Shown here: one piece after another, positions 11,301 to 25,517 of the stretch
How positions within the stretch are numbered: position 1 is the stretch's first letter
Layout: every line of letters starts with the position of its first letter
NCBI GenBank assembly: GCA_043228905.1
Contig: JBHGNT010000001.1
Coordinates: 28,892,001-28,956,000, forward strand
Direction: 5' to 3'
From: Azolla caroliniana
Lineage: Eukaryota; Plantae; Polypodiophyta
DNA length: 64,000 nucleotides
The notes under the pieces: model-generated
Seen by the model: only the letters and a program-made list of their open reading frames with translations
Told to the model about the DNA's origin: nothing
Database searches by the model: none
Program-made: the position numbers and the translations under genes

Positions 11301-14300
11301 CAATGGCTAGTATTTGGTTATGTTGAGCTTAGTCTTCTTGGATGAACTCTACTAGTTGGTCAAGAGATAGGCCAAATTGAGTAGGTGATAAAGAGCATCC
11401 TTGTATCACTCCCATGATGCTCTCTAGAAGTGTCTTCATATGACTTCATGCATCTTGCTTCTTAATATAAGGGTAGCAGTTATGCTTTCATGTGTTTTGG
11501 TACTCCCAAGTTTTTCCATTCTGTCCCATAATCTTGCTTTTAGAATGGCAGAAAACTTCTTGAAATGTACAGAACTGCAGTACACATATCTTCTTTTGAG
11601 TAAAAAACCTGCTTTTCCTGCAGATCTCTTGCTGTGTGTTTCAGTCCATTCACTGAAATGATGTTCAGTGGTACTCATAGAGGTTTAGCTTTAAAAGGTC
11701 CCACCATAATCACACGATAGTTGGTGAGATGGTTTCTGTATTGTGTATTCATCCAGTTATCTTGCAAATCTTGAGGAAACTCTTGTACTGTTGCCTTATC
11801 AGTACTGCATATATCAATACTCGGGCCAGTGGGACTGTGTCACATCACAACGGTCCATCTTAGCATTCCTGGTCACCTGTAAAGTATCTCTGTATTCCAG
11901 CCATGCCATTTCAAAACTTTTCATGGTTCTCATTCGGGAGAAACATGTTGATCATGGTCTTTCATCCACCATCCATAAGTATTCCACATATGTAAAAAGA
12001 GTCTATGATAGCGCTTCATGAATCCTTTGTGTCTTTCTCAAGATATACCGATTCTTGCATCTATAAAGCTCACATTTTCTCCATTTCTTCCGTTTGATGA
12101 TATTGTGTTCCCTTCCAACTTGAGTCCATGCATCACTTGATTCTGGAGTGGCATAACATTTGTGTTTGGCTGGCATATCTTCATTAGTGAACTATACAAT
12201 GTGTGGTGGTTTTTAGACATCTTCTCTTATTGCTTATGTCCGTCATGCATTCTGTAGCTTTGCCCATTGCATTTTTGTAAAACAGCCACAGAATCTCAAT
12301 ATCATATGGATGTTGTGACACATGAACAATTTCTCTTGTGACACATGAACATTTTTCTGTTTCATCATGTGGGACTAATCTGAGGCATGCATAATGGTAG
12401 CAATTAAATGTGTCCCCTCAGATGTGGTGTTGGTGATGGATAAGAGTGACATAGTTTGACCAGAGTCAATGGAACAAGTGTTTTCAATGTTCTTTTACTC
12501 AAGCACTTGGACTTATAGTACTCTAGCTTATCTAGAGCAAGGCAATCAATATATTTCTAGTTTCTTTACCCTCAAGGTCATTGCAAATGGCAATCTGAAG
12601 AGGTAAGAGTCAAGGATTTATATATATACAATTGATGATTGGGAGAAGGATGTCTATATAGAAAGGTAGGTGAAGATTTACTGCTCAAGATCTGCCCTTT
12701 TGATGAGTTGTAGGGCTGCAAACAGTTATTTAGGCACTGTATTTTTTAAACTTAACTTCTGTTTTAAATTATGTATTTTGTGATTAGATAAAATGTATGT
12801 AAAATGTTCACTGATAAGCAATGAAAAATGGATTTGCTGATGTTTGCATTTATATCAGGAACACACATTTTTCCCTGCTGATTTGTCAGCTGCAGTTTCT
12901 GTTCTTCTTGGTATAGCTCCATCATCAATCAGTGATGAAGCTGCATCTAAGGTATGTCATTGTGTTATATAGATTTCAAAACAAGTTTATGTGATTCAGA
13001 GATTTCATCAGCTTCTTGTATACTTTTTTGCAGTTGAATGACCTTTTAGTACCAAACCCTTTCCACAGGCCTCATGGAATCTTAATGTTAACTATCGATC
13101 ATAGTAAATCAGGTATTTATTATGTTCTATATGTATTGATCTTTGTTGGCATATTATGTTCTATATGTATTGATCTTTGTTCTAAAACTGTTTGTGTGAA
13201 CTTGTTCTCCAAAGATGGCAAAGTTAAAATGAAGTCGGCTCAACATTGGGACCTTGAACCCAAAAGCTTCAGAGCAGCATCACTTAAGATTCCAGGTAGA
13301 TTAGAGTTTGCAGCATTGAAGATAGAACATTTTGAGTATATTTAAATCTCAAAATTTTGAAAATTGGTGTTGCAGACTATACAACCTTTTTGCTGCTGAA
13401 TGAAACTCTAGAAGAAGTGTCCCAAATTGATGATGATGTGAAATTGCAAGAAATGGTAGGTGTTGAAGCTGTTCTTGCATACACAACCTTGCAAACATGA
13501 GTATTCTGTGAACCTCATATGTCTCTGTAATGTAGGTTTTCTTACAAATAGACATTTTTGTACTCCTTGTAGGCAACATTTCTAGGAGGCTCTTATACAA
13601 AAGGTAATGGACCAGCAAAAGGAATACTATCACTTTCTCTCGATGATGGTCTGGTAACTCTTGATCTTCCAAAGGCAAGTATCTTCAGAACATGAACATT
13701 AGCTGTTAAAAAGCTGAAGCAGAATCTACAGTGATTAAGGTTAATGTTCTTTCTTTATGTGTGAACTTTATCCAGGTTGGGAACTGGATGTTTGTTCAGA
13801 AGCTCCTTTCTCTAATAGCACATGCAAAGAATGCTGCAGTAGTTTTGAGGAACATCCCTGGTGGGCTCATTGTTGGCACTTTACCAACTGTCGAGGTAAA
13901 ATTGGTATTATTCAATGGGTTCTATGTCCAAAATAAGACTCGTGATCATTAATACCAAATTATTGATTTAGGAACTATACCAAGGCTCTGAAAGCAGCAT
14001 CAGACCAGAGCAGGCATCTGACTTGGTACGCGTCATTGTCAACAAGATCTTTACCTACTTAGATGCAGCCTTCAATGGTATGTATCGATGTTCACCTTCT
14101 CTTAAGCATACCAAGTAAGATTTCTGGATAAGTTAAAGATTCTTCCAATGTAGGTGGACTTGTAGGAGTCATAGTAGATGGTAAAGAACCTATTCTCAAT
14201 TTCAAATTTACTAGCGGACCATCTCGGTTACAGCTGCTACAAACATCAGACACTCTTACAGCTGCTGTTGCAGAAGTTTTGACAGAGACCATAATTGCCT

Positions 14301-14920
14301 ATATCACTGGAATCCTATTTGTTGTTGCATTGATAATAGGGGTAAGTTGCTATACTTTTATTTAGGCTTCTTTTTATGATGCATTATTATGTACATGTAG
14401 TTTTATAAATAAGGATTATAATTATGTCTTTCATGGTTACCGTGTCATCTATTATGCCACAATTGCTTTTATTGACTTCTTTTGATGATTTATACATTAT
14501 TAGCAATGTACATGATCCTATCTCTATAAATTAGGATTATATCTCTTTAAATGTTCATGATTACCACCTGGCCAATATGCTACAATTGCCTGAGAGTAAG
14601 GATACAACTGTCCAAAATGTGTAGCTTGTGGAGTTGTCTAAATCTGTAGTACGTCCAAACAATCCATTTTATTCTCCTGCCAAGTAACTCTGCTAGTTGG
14701 TTCTGTTCCTTCATTGAACTTATGCCTCCTCTTCATACATCAGCTCTCTTCTCAATTTTCTTTTTGGCATATATTGCACCTGAAGGCATTTTAGTGTTTT
14801 TTTTAATCTTCTTCATTTGTAACGGATGCTGATAACATTATTTTTGTGCAGAGTTGCTTCCTCTTCAAAATGCCAGTGACTAAAGATACCTTATTGTATT
14901 CTGGTGCCAAATTGGATTGA
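8328..14920 (+). CDS. Multi-exon type-I membrane protein, AT3G24160 (PMP)/ATP6AP2-like putative V-ATPase accessory protein
   Basis: Spliced by eye: signal-peptide exon 8328-8396, exon 8523-8606, then exons ~12859-14341 and ~14852-14920. Motifs AAVSVLLG, LNDLLVPNPFHRP, TM segment IIAYITGILFVVALIIG and C-terminal MPVTKDTLLYSGAKLD* recall the angiosperm family. Confidence 0.8.
8780..10250 (-). mobile_element. Degenerate RTE-clade LINE (RT and 3' end) in intron 2
   Basis: ORF 9375-9728(-) GVNQGCSLSSTLFSLYIDE...LQRHLDALKSFC is a non-LTR RT remnant; its 3' end resembles 17590-17750 and 53390-53730. Boundaries approximate. Confidence 0.75.
10330..12400 (-). mobile_element. Second degenerate RTE-like LINE remnant in the same intron
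   Basis: ORF 11436-11678(-) RSAGKAGF...YVYCSSVHFKKF...RLWDRMEKLG resembles LINE RT QAGFR/CFVDFKKAFD; many stops. Boundaries approximate. Confidence 0.55.
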
Positions 14921-15185
14921 CACCGTAGATTTTTTAGATTGTATTGCCCTAGAGAAAAAGAATAACCAGCTGCTGTTTTGTATTTTTTAAGCTGAAAGAA
15001 ATCAAAGTTTTTTTTTCTCGTTGTGGTAGAGAAGCAAATACTTGTGTTCGTTATATATTTTACGTATAAATTTTACCTTTGATGTATTTTGTTGTCAAAA
15101 ATTGACAAGACCAGGATTGGCCACAACTATGAATGTAAGTACATCTTTATCAAGCAAGAAGGCAGGAAATTTAGTACTTTAATTT

Positions 15186-15570
15186 ATTTTATGCATGGTA
15201 GCTTGGGACGGGTTAGGGTTTAAGGTTATGTACATTGGAGCAAACATAATGCTAGGCCATCTTTTTGTATTATATATGTTCAGATATTGGTGTTTCTGAT
15301 TGATTGCATACATTATATAGAAAAACTATTTTTATGCATGGTAGCCTAGGAGGGGTTAGGGTTTAAGGTTATGTGCAACATAATGCTAGGCCATCTTTTT
15401 GTATTATATATATGTTCCATTGATATTGGTGCTTCCAATTAATTGCTTACATTATATAGATAAACTATAATTTTTATGCATGGTAGCTTGGGAGGGGTTT
15501 AGAGTTTGTATTATATACGTTCCATTGATATTGGTGTTTCCCATTAATTGCAAACATTATATAGAAAAAC
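15186..15570. repeat. Degenerate ~142-bp tandem repeat, 3 copies
   Basis: TTTTTATGCATGGTAGC(T/C)T(G/A)GG...CATTATATAGA recurs at ~15186, 15329 and 15471. Confidence 0.8.
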
Positions 15571-17296
15571 TCTCTTCACTAGCAAGTAATAAAGTAATCA
15601 ACTGGTGTTTCCAGTTATTTGTATACATTATCTGTTTCTATAATTTATTCATTCTCTAACAAACTATAACTACTTCCAATTTAGCACAAGCTTGTTTGTA
15701 TTAGCCCAAAAAGAAAAAGATTGTTTTGATGGAGCTTTCAATCTAGTTATTTATATACTACTTCCAATTTAGCACATGTTCCCCAAAAAGGAAAAAGATT
15801 GTGTGGCTAGAGCTTTACAAATGAAACTAAGAAAGTGGTTTACTAGTCTACACATAGACAATAGACCATTGGATGTTAACTTCTTCATTGGATGTGAAGC
15901 CCTCTATTCAAAGAGGTGTGCATCGTCTATTAGCATCACGTAAACTTCTTCATTGGGTGTGATGCACTCTATTAAAAGATGTATCATCCACGTGTATCAT
16001 CTGGTTTTGAACCACATAAAACTAAGAAGGGTTTAGGGTTTTCAAATGAATGTTAGCCTTTTCTTTGAAAATCATTGTCTAATAAGGTGGAGAAGTTCAA
16101 TTGATAAAATCCACTACAACACTAGTCACCAATTGCACACATGAATCCTCTACAACACCCGTCACTAGTTGCACACATGAAACAAATTGTGAAGGATAGA
16201 ATATTAGTCTAGAATTTACTCCTATGTAGGACACCCGATAATCCTTGCATTTATAGCCAGCATTGGGAAAGTGCCCATTTCTTTATCTATGCTTCTCAAT
16301 GTGTTCATCTTATAAATTGCTCATAGTTAGACCTTCAACAAAAGTTAGATATTTTCAATAGTTAATTCTCTCCTTGTGAGACTTGGTCAAGATTTTGGTG
16401 TGAACTAGAATTGCTCAAACTTCATATCCAATGAAAAACTCCAATTTACGTAAGTGACGATTCCCTATCGTTATTTTGATCTACTACAAACTAGACTCGT
16501 TCAAACTTTATATCTGATGAAGGCTCAAGTTTTGTTAGAGTTAAAGAAAAGATTCCCTATGATTATTTCAATCTCTGAAATTATGGACAACAATATATTT
16601 GTCCTTGATGATGGTTCAACCACCAAGATTGTTCACCCACGAAGATTGTGCTATAATTTCACTCTATTGTCAGATACTCCCCTTTTTTACCATTATTTAA
16701 CAAACCCTTCCATTACCAGTCCTTTTCAATATCTCTCCTTGTGTTGCAATAGTTTTTGCTTTGAATTTCTCTCTATCTAAATAAATACCTGCTAAGATGT
16801 TGGAGTAACTACCCCCTTGTTTCTCCAAATAGCTGATACAACCGTCTCAACTATCACACCCCTATTGACCCTCCTGCCTCTCCCTAACTCCAATATAGGA
16901 AACACGTAAATTAAATTAGCCACTTTCCACATACTTGTTACATATGAAATATCGACCTCAGCTTACAAGCCCATCTCCATTATAGCCTCCCTCTCCTTAA
17001 ACCCAATCTCAAAAACATGTAACAAAATTAGCTACTTGGCCGTGACCATTCCATATACAAAAAATATGTATGTGCCATAAATATACATCCACTCCCTCTA
17101 GCATGTCAAAGAAAACTTTTACATGATTGCTATCTAGATCTAATTAAAGTAACTTCACATTCAGATTTCACCTACATGCCATGCTATATGCTATATTACA
17201 CATTCATACTAATTAACTTCACATTCAGATTTCACCTACATGCCATGCTATATGCTATATTATACATTCATACAAATCTCCTTGGCACTCTTGACT

Positions 17297-20200
17297 TCAC
17301 AAATTTCTCTCATGAGGCTCAAGCCATGGGAACCCTAGAAAGTCAAAAATCTCTCTTTCGCTTTTACATGGCACTGAGATACTCCTGTCTTTGGCCTGAA
17401 ATATCCAGAAACAATTTATTTGTTTTGACAATCTACAACTACATTTTCTGTTTTGCAAATGGAAATGCCATTGTACTTGTTATTGAAAGTAGATCTAGAT
17501 TTATCTCCAGGCATAGAAGTGTAGTAAATGAACCTTTCATTGTCTGATACTAGCTGGAGAAGATCTCATTTATGCTTTTGGTAATATTTATAATTAAGCA
17601 CTTAATATTTTGAGCTTAATGGGCTGAAACTTTCTTTGCCTTCAAAAGATCTCCAGCATGGGCTGATTAATGATGGTGGGGTCTCTGAAGCAAGGCAAGC
17701 ACCCGTCAACGTCAGGTAATAATAGCCTTCATATGTCGATGACAGGGGTGACAAGATTATGGTACTATAGGATATGACCTATCTACAAGATATATTATTA
17801 TTGCTTGATCTATCGTAACCCCCAATGTTGCATCAAGAGCCCACTTTTCGAGATTATGGTACTACAGGATATGACCTATCTACAAGATATATTATTATTG
17901 CTTGATCTATCGTAACCCCCAATGTTGCATCAAGAGCCCACTTTTGAAGTCCTTAATTGACTTATAGCATTAGCAATGCAGCTAAAGAAGGTTTTGTTGG
18001 TTCTTTGTGTTGGGATTGAAAGTTCTTCAACAACTCTCTCTGTCTCTCTCTGTCTCACAATAAGAGACCCAAGCACATTCTGTCTTCACATTCAATTGCC
18101 TGAAAGGCATTGGTATCTCCTTATTTCATAGAAAATAGCACAATGGCAAATAGTATTCCTTTAATTCACCCCCCCAATAACACAATTGGTGATCTTCTCT
18201 TCCATTAATCTTAGTGCATATCTAAGAGGTCATGAGGTGCACTATCAAACTACCTTGTGTATTAGATCGATGTCAATCCATGTGAGAATGCCTGATCATA
18301 AATCCATCCTACAACATGTGTAAACAAAGGGCCTTATAGTGGGCCATCTTCCTACCACAACCCATCATGGAGCTGATTCTGGTTCTTTTATTATCCAATC
18401 TAATGATCGGTTAGGATTACTCTAATTCTTCTCCATTCTGATCACATCAGGTGTGGACAATCCATGTTATATTGGAATGGGTTGGTTAGTGCACTCATAT
18501 TTCTCACATATGATTGGGGCCATTCTTGCATTTCTCAATAGTGTCGATCTTGAAAGAATGCACAACATTATCACTTCCTCTTGATTAAGATCAAGCTCAC
18601 CTCCAGCCCCTCTCAATTTAGACCCTCAATCTCTCTTCCAACTCTACACTGCATCTCAAGTCTTGCCTCTTTTCTGGAAGGTCTACGTTCAAACCTAAAT
18701 AGTGTTCACCCTCTGTAATTTCTAGAACCCATACTATGTACTGCTCAAAAGTAGAGGAGTACGTTATTTTCCAAATGAAGATTAGGATAGGGGAGGGGTA
18801 AAAACTGGAGATTGGTAACTAAAAGGATAGCTGTGGTGTAAATGAGTAACTAGGACCATTTTCTAGGACATTGGGATTTAAGATTGAACTATACACTAAA
18901 ATTATTCATCAGGTTTGCAAGAAACAAAAATTAAAATTAAAGAGGGGCATTGCTCCTATCCCTAGTTCTAGTAACTCTTCATGTATATATGAGGTCAATT
19001 TCTAGAAGTTTCCAGGTTCTTGAGGGACCTCACATTCACAACAGATATGAAAGAAATTGAAATCAATTTCTCACCTTATTTCCATGAGAGTCTCTTGTTA
19101 TAGGATACAACCCAGTATCATCAAGTCTGTAACCCTTGTGGTCTGCCAGCAATCTCAATCTGCAAAAAGTGAGAAGATATTTATTTGTCTAAAGTTCCTG
19201 TGGTAAACAGAACAAAAATGAAAAAGATTTCCCACTCTTCAGACAGATTAGGAACAAACCTTCTATTCAATACGTCATTTCCAGTCCAGGCGATCAATCC
19301 AAAAGGGTACATTTCAATAGAATATACCTGTCAGACCATGTCCACATTTTACATAAAATAATAGTTCAAAACCTGCTCATCATCCCGATCCTGATATAAT
19401 GTGAAAAAGAATCTAGCAAGAATCTATCATTATATCACAATGAAGTGAAGAAATACAAAAAAAGACCCTATTAATTTCGACATGCCATTTATATCATGAA
19501 CCAAAAACTTTCAAATATGGATAGACTAGAAGAGTTTGTGATGCACCTTGCCAGTTTTACACAAACTATCATTCAAATATGAAGAGTTTTCATAATTTCT
19601 AAGCAAAGTGTTATGAAAAAAATCAAGTCCCTAGAAAACTTAAATAACAGATTTTGCTCCATCTCCAAGGAATCATAACTCCCCAAGAGGTAGTTGCCAA
19701 CAAGACATGCTGTTTACCTTGAATATCAGCTCTCCCAAAAATAACCCGAAATGTCATGGACAGTATATCAATTGGAGACTTCCGGTTATTCTCCACAACC
19801 ATTCATGCGCTGGAAAGACCGTTTCCTATTCGCCTCCAATCCATGATCAAACAGAAGAGAGAGAGGGGAACCAACCTACTCGATTATATCACTTGAATAA
19901 ATACAATAAAAAATTCTCTATGGATTCTGGGGGATGAATTCCCTCTGCTAAATGGCACAAACATGTCCCAATCGTACATATTATATGAAATGTATGATTG
20001 ATAAGAGGTAGGGAGATTCAGAATATATCCAATGATTTGTGTCATTAGTATGTCAAAAAGAGATTTGCATTCACAATATAAATCTCATGGAAAATCTGTG
20101 AGTGCAAGACAGTATCACAAAGATGTGTGATGTAGTCAAGATTTCATAAGATCTAGTAAACAGACATAATTATTTCATTTTGTTGACCCAAAGTACCATC

Positions 20201-23200
20201 ATCATTCAAAAGACACTAAATTATTCATATGATTAAGTGGATGTCCTGAACCCAAATACCACACAATATGAAAGAAACTGTTAAAAGGACGAGGATAATA
20301 TACCTTAAAGTCAATACGATGCCGCAGCTCCCTACCAGGATATTTGCAAAGGCCATAGTATGTATCGACACCTGAATCAGTACCCTGTTATATTGCAAAC
20401 AGTATGTAATGTTATCATTAAGCACATGATGTTGATATCATGTAGTTTGTTTTTCTCCACTGCATGTAGTTCTAGCTCTTTTAAGAGAAAACAGGTCAAG
20501 ACATTATTTAATCCTCGCTAAGAAAGTAGTAAACAATATCCACATGAATACATTTAACATCTGCAAGCTGTTGTCATAAACTAATCATCATCAAGAAAAT
20601 CAATCGCATCTGCTACAAAAGCAGCAGTAATACCTCTAGCAATGGTAGGCACCATGATCACCAGCACAAAGTTGCATTTATCTAGGAAAAGAAATAACAA
20701 TACTGAAGAACAGTTCTCATGAAGGCCCGAATTAGCCGGCTACAAATGCTGAAAAGAGAACTGAAGCTGGTAGCCAATCAATTTCAGCATGGATCACAAG
20801 TCTTCATTGGTCTGACTTGTCAGATTAGTGTTTGAATAAAGTTTTTAGCAATTCAAAACAGCAGTAATTACCGAGAACATAGTTTTCAATGAGTACAGCC
20901 AAGATCATATATAGTTTTCCAAGATGAAGATAATGTTCACAAGTTGCTTGATATTGTTTACATAACCATATTAAAATGGCAAACAAGTTGATAGCATGTC
21001 AGAGTAGCATATACACTCATTGTTAATACATAACATTGGAATATTAAAGTTAGGCCCTGTTCTAGATAAATATATGATATTCATGAAGGTAAAAATGCAC
21101 ACGATTATATATGTATACCTCTATGCTATTGGTAGCAGAAACCAGTAAGTCTTCAGTCAAAAAGTCTATTTTTTTCAATGCTACTATTAGTTTCACCAAG
21201 AATCCACTGTGACTGCAAAACACAACAAAAATTCATAAGCAGTGCTCCAGTAGGAAACACATCTTTAATTTTATCAATATTTGGGCTAAGTATTTATGGA
21301 GGTTCTACGAGAGGCAGCCAACAAAACAGAGGTGCAGACTATAGTTCAGAGGCTATTCAACACTTCCAAGCCAGCCTGGGTAGCTTAGGAAAGAGCAGGC
21401 ATGAGCTTAACACAGAATTAGTTGAATAATTATATTAAACATATATAACAATATACAACAAAAAAAGAATAATTAAATCTACACAACAGAACTAGTTGAA
21501 CAGTTAAATCTACTACAATATACAATAAATAAATAAATTAAGGTGTTACGGAAGTATGAATATTAGACCAGCATTTCCGAAACATTGGAGTTTCATAAAA
21601 CGTATGTTACAATTTTGAGGATGCTTATTTTCTTACCATGCTCGAAAATCATCAGTGTCATTGCAGATAACGAAAATCCAGACACATTTTATGGGTTAGA
21701 GCATCTTTTTCAAGAAATTTGATAAATACCATGAGCCCCAGCAAGTTTGGGGTCAATACATAACATATTCTTAGGATAAGAATAAAAGCATTGTTGTTGA
21801 ATAACTTTATTTCCTTTCTCAATATTGGGTTTCCACCAGTACTTATCCAAATGTCAAATTATTTCCACTGGACATGTATGTTCGAGACTAGTGTATAAAT
21901 AAGTAAGCATGTATAAATAAATACATGATCACTAGTTGCATTACTCAATTAAGCTAAGGTTAAATCAAGCGCACTTCTTCTCATGCATGAACAGAACAAA
22001 AAATGGAGACCATTCTATAATGTTTTTAACTTGAAGTGTTTAACTTAATAGTATGCATCTTGGGAACATAAATTTCGACTGCTAATGGGCAAACTCCATA
22101 CCATGTGCACTTTTTAAGAGATTTCAATTGGACATCCAAACAACTTGCAGTATGTTGTGATTAAGACCTTACAATACTATAACTACAAAGAAAGAAATAA
22201 AAAGCACTTCATAACCGGACCGTAGAAGGATCCATCACCTCGATCCATCAAGATGCGTGATTATAAAATCCATGTCACTGCAAAGTAATTTTCCCCGCCT
22301 ATAAGAACCTCCGCAAAGCACAAGCATCTTCCAATCCAAGAAAAAGTAAAATGAGATAATGAAGTAGATTGAAGGGAACAAATCACTAAGTAAATTTCCT
22401 CCACACCTTATCATTGTTTTCCACAACAATGCTCCAAAAATGACAACATTTTTCTTATACCTTAGCATTTTTTTATAAGACTTACAGATGGTTTGATCTC
22501 CTCAGCAACTCTTTTCACAAGTGTCTCCATCTCCTTGACCTTGAAAATAATACATAAAATGGTTAGAACTTATCCCTATCACCAGAACAATTTTTAACAG
22601 AACCACACAGCAGATGTCACCTCGTGACGAGGAATTTTTACATTCAAGTCATCATAAAATTGCAACCCTACTCTCTGAGATGCAGTGAGTAAACATTCAT
22701 CCTTAAGATCATTTAAGTTTCTATGACCCTTTTCATAGAATCGTTGTGCTGTGGCAGGACCAACACCCCAAATAGATGAGAAAAGGATCAACGTCCGAAT
22801 CTGCATATACAGTATTGTTTTTACATAAGTATCTAAGGAGAACAAATGCCTTGAGGTAAATAAGTAAAGAAATAACCAGATAATTTATAAGCTAAAGATG
22901 TGTTGAACATTAATAACCTTCTCATCATTTTTGAAGCTCTCCAACTTTGATAATTTCCCCGTAATCAATATTTCCTCAATCTGCAGACAGAGACAAAGAC
23001 TATGTATAACGTGTCTGAATACACGTTTTATTACCTTAACCATTGTAACCTACGAACATTGGCAATAACAGAGGTAACATAATTGTTTATCATTTTTAAT
23101 AGAACATTGAGGTTATTTTAAAGAGGGAAATGTTCACAGAAGTATCTATTCTTATAGCCCTAAATGTATATAGTCTTTTAACATGCAAAATTGGACTTCT

Positions 23201-25307
23201 ACATATTTTCAAAAAATTAATTTCAGAATATAATGAACAATCACATTTTCTTGCATGGATTTCCCAATCGTTGGTAACCCCTTCACTTGATCAATGTGTT
23301 CTATTTTGAACGGTAACTTCTCAAGCACAGAAATGGCTTTGTGGTAGCTGAAAGACCTTCTATCATCTCCCATTGCTATTCTGCATCAGAACCATTTATT
23401 CTGGATAAGGATGTACTAGAAACAAAAAACAAAATGAGGAAAAAAAACAGAAACTCTCTATTGTGCTCTGCAAGACCTCTTCTACTTACCATTCTTATAG
23501 ATATCCCGTAGCTCAGCAAATGGTTCAGTTATTTGCTGATTTACATTCGGTGGGATGTATTCACAAGAGGGCTACAAGTTTATTAGAATGTCAAAACCAT
23601 AACAAGTACAGACAATCAAAGCAAAAGCTTAACCATATAACTATGTTTATGTTGTGTTGTGGGTGCGTCCATGTACATACCGATCCAGACTCCTTCACCG
23701 AGGATAGATTCCATGATTCAGAATCATCTCTTCCTCCACTCAAAGTTTTATGATCTGCCATTGAGATAAATTTTCTTCATTTCATGCCAAATGCCATGCA
23801 TTTTTTGAAGCTTCCTAAGTTGCAATGTATCAAACGTACTTTTCAATATACCCATGTTCAATTTGTTCTTAATTCATAGAATATTATATGCACACACCTA
23901 TTTCCTCCAGCTTCCCAGTAACATGTGCATTCATGTTGACATCACTTTGTTGTTGCAAACCTTGAATGCATTGGTTTATAGGTTCAGTCCTTAGCTCATA
24001 AGACTTCGATGGTAGCAAATGACCTTGCTTCAGGCAGTCTTGAATCCATTCGTAACGGAGAACTTTCTGTAACATTTGTTTTTCACATACTATTATTGTC
24101 TACTTCTCCACCTCTAAAAGTACTGCTACACAGGGATCTAGGAGGATTTCATGGAAAATCAGACACATTGCACATCTATAGTTTGCCAATGTAGAGATAA
24201 GTAAGTAGCAACCTCAATCTTTCAAAGGTAAAAGGATCAATAACAAAAGCTGCCCTTGATCATTTGATGCTAAAACCTCGCTTGGTGTGCATAACTCCCA
24301 TTTTTCCCTTATAAATCGTACATACTAAGCACAATGCCAATCTTTTGACAAATCAGTGATGATGGCACAAAACTCTCTCCTTTCAAGTTCGAAATTATGT
24401 TATTGGTATGATTCATAATATCATCCTTCTGCAGGAGGTCAACTGTAACCTTTGGAATTAAAAGTAACATATACATGTACCATACCTAGAACTGCTAGGT
24501 CAAATATGACCTTTTGGACCAAAACAAAATGTGCATGTGCAACTGATGCTAGATGCTTGGAAGATTTTTAACTGATAAGCATTACAACTATTGGGATTCC
24601 ACAATGTGTCCAAAGACAGACTGGGATAAACTGTGTATAGGAACATTATGTCCTCATCAAAATGTGGGTTTGCAAATCAAATGTGATCAACAACAGAGCA
24701 ATGAGTTGTGTAAGAAATCATGAGTCTAATCTTTACGACACATCAAAAAAAGAATAACAATAACATTTCGACCATAAACCCTTCTTAACAAAAGATCTTA
24801 GGCCATTACCAAACGATATTTTTTCAACTTTTGCAATGTAACTCTCTCTTGTAGCTTTCCCGTATCGAGAACAAATATGTGGGTGACATCATGTGAGAGG
24901 TGATCCTCTAACCTTCCACCAAATTGCTTCATTTTATCACTCCATATCTGGATGAGAAAAGAAAAGAATTTTACGTAAAAACCGACACAAACAAAACAGA
25001 ACATTATGTAGTTTAAACCAAAGGGTTTTCAAATTTTCATCAGACTATCAGAAGAAGAATAAGAAGAAGAAGATGGTGATGGTGATGGTGATGGTGACTG
25101 TGGCAAATTTTCTTTTCATACAAGAGAAAGAGAGCAGACCTTAAGGCGACGTGGCTGGATTCCTGACTCGATGAAATAAGCTCTAACTCCTCTGAAGAGA
25201 GAGATGGACTCCTCGGATGAAGAAGAAGAAGAGGAGGAAGAAACCATCTTCTTTCTGGTTATCTGCGGATATGCGTCATCCCCCTTTCGTTCATGGCTTC
25301 CTTCCAT
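17297..25307 (-). CDS. POLL: DNA polymerase lambda (X family, N-terminal BRCT), multi-exon
   Basis: Exons encode BRCT (GIQPRRLK/IW...VTHIF/KVLRYEWIQDCLK), lyase domain (GDDRRSFSYHKAI...GLPTIGKSM), WGVGPATA, CGGSYRRGK..SDMDFIITH, GVDTYYGLC..RHRIDFK, FGLIAWTGNDVLNRRLR and final exon IFDFLGFPWLEPHERNL* (stop 17297-17299). Confidence 0.93.
17590..18700 (-). mobile_element. 3' fragment of RTE-like LINE in last POLL intron
   Basis: Shares TCAAAAGATCTCCAGCATGGGCTG with ~8913-8936; minus-strand remnant CAIFYEIR.RYQCL of the RTE C-terminal region. Boundaries approximate. Confidence 0.6.
17754..17945. repeat. Near-perfect 97-bp tandem duplication
   Basis: AGATTATGGTACTA...GAGCCCACTTTT at 17754 and 17851. 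Confidence 0.9.
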
Positions 25308-25464
25308 TCTCGCATGCTGCCAGTGCTGCCATGTGTCGTTCAGTCAGCGCGTCTCCGCTCAGTCGGATGGAATACGTACATAGAAGAAGAAGAAGAAGAA
25401 GCGCATTTCTAAATTCTGTTCTACTTTGTATGATGTATCATGGACCACTTCTCTCGTCTCATGA

Positions 25465-25517
25465 GTCATGGGCCAAGTTTTAGTCTTAGAAGACGTTAAT
25501 ATATCTTTCTTTCTTTC
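25465..25517 (+). mobile_element. Very short RTE-LINE 3' tail
   Basis: GGGCCAAGTTTTAGTCTTAGAAGACGTTAATATATCTTTCTTTC matches 41457-41506 and 53690-53757. Confidence 0.6.

Noticed and set aside
16000-16900. Possible LINE ORF1 relic between the membrane-protein gene and POLL
   Set aside because: Too degenerate to assign by eye.
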